Assembly (NCBI RefSeq): GCF_006345805.1
Contig: NW_021837001.1
Coordinates: forward strand, 1-32,030
DNA length: 32,030 bases
Source: Octopus sinensis
Lineage: Eukaryota
Reading direction: 5' to 3'
Part shown: one piece after another, positions 31,865 to 32,030 of the stretch
Numbering within the stretch: position 1 is the first letter of the stretch
Layout: the number at the start of each line of letters is the position of its first letter
Made by a program: the position numbers and the translations under genes
The notes under the pieces: generated by a model
Seen by the model: only the letters and a program-made list of their open reading frames with translations
What the model was told of the DNA's origin: nothing
The model's database searches: none

Positions 31865-32030
31865 TAACCTACTGAGTCTTTCCCAGTAGCTTTGAGTCTA
31901 TCTTCTTCGTATAGTTTCGCTGGACTGCTTGCTTCAAGTTCCGCTATAAATTCCACACTGTGTGGTGACCATAATTAGGAGCAATGAACACCGCTTAGCA
32001 CAAAAGTGCTCCAGAGGAATATTGAATTCT

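Overview
AT-rich, microsatellite-dense eukaryotic DNA with no intact host gene that I can support. The SINE families and the TA/AAT microsatellite load suggest a cephalopod (Octopus-like) genome; this is an inference. The window is mostly transposon remains: two CR1-type LINE fragments, an internally deleted Ty3/Gypsy element (gag fused to integrase), R4/Dong-type 3' ends sitting in (AAT)n tracts, a Penelope-like (PLE) GIY-YIG fragment, mariner and Tc1/maT-like fragments, and about 20 tRNA-derived SINE copies from at least four families. The most notable signals are: (1) a three-copy element with a tRNA-like Pol III head and a minimal type I hammerhead ribozyme, one copy sitting directly behind the PLE endonuclease; (2) about ten further hammerhead or hammerhead-like motifs; (3) SINE concatemers with a fixed junction at two loci; (4) long hairpins embedded in (TA)n that share motifs; (5) retroelements stacked inside one AAT tract. 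All alignments, translations and pairings were done by eye, so boundaries are approximate to a few bases.
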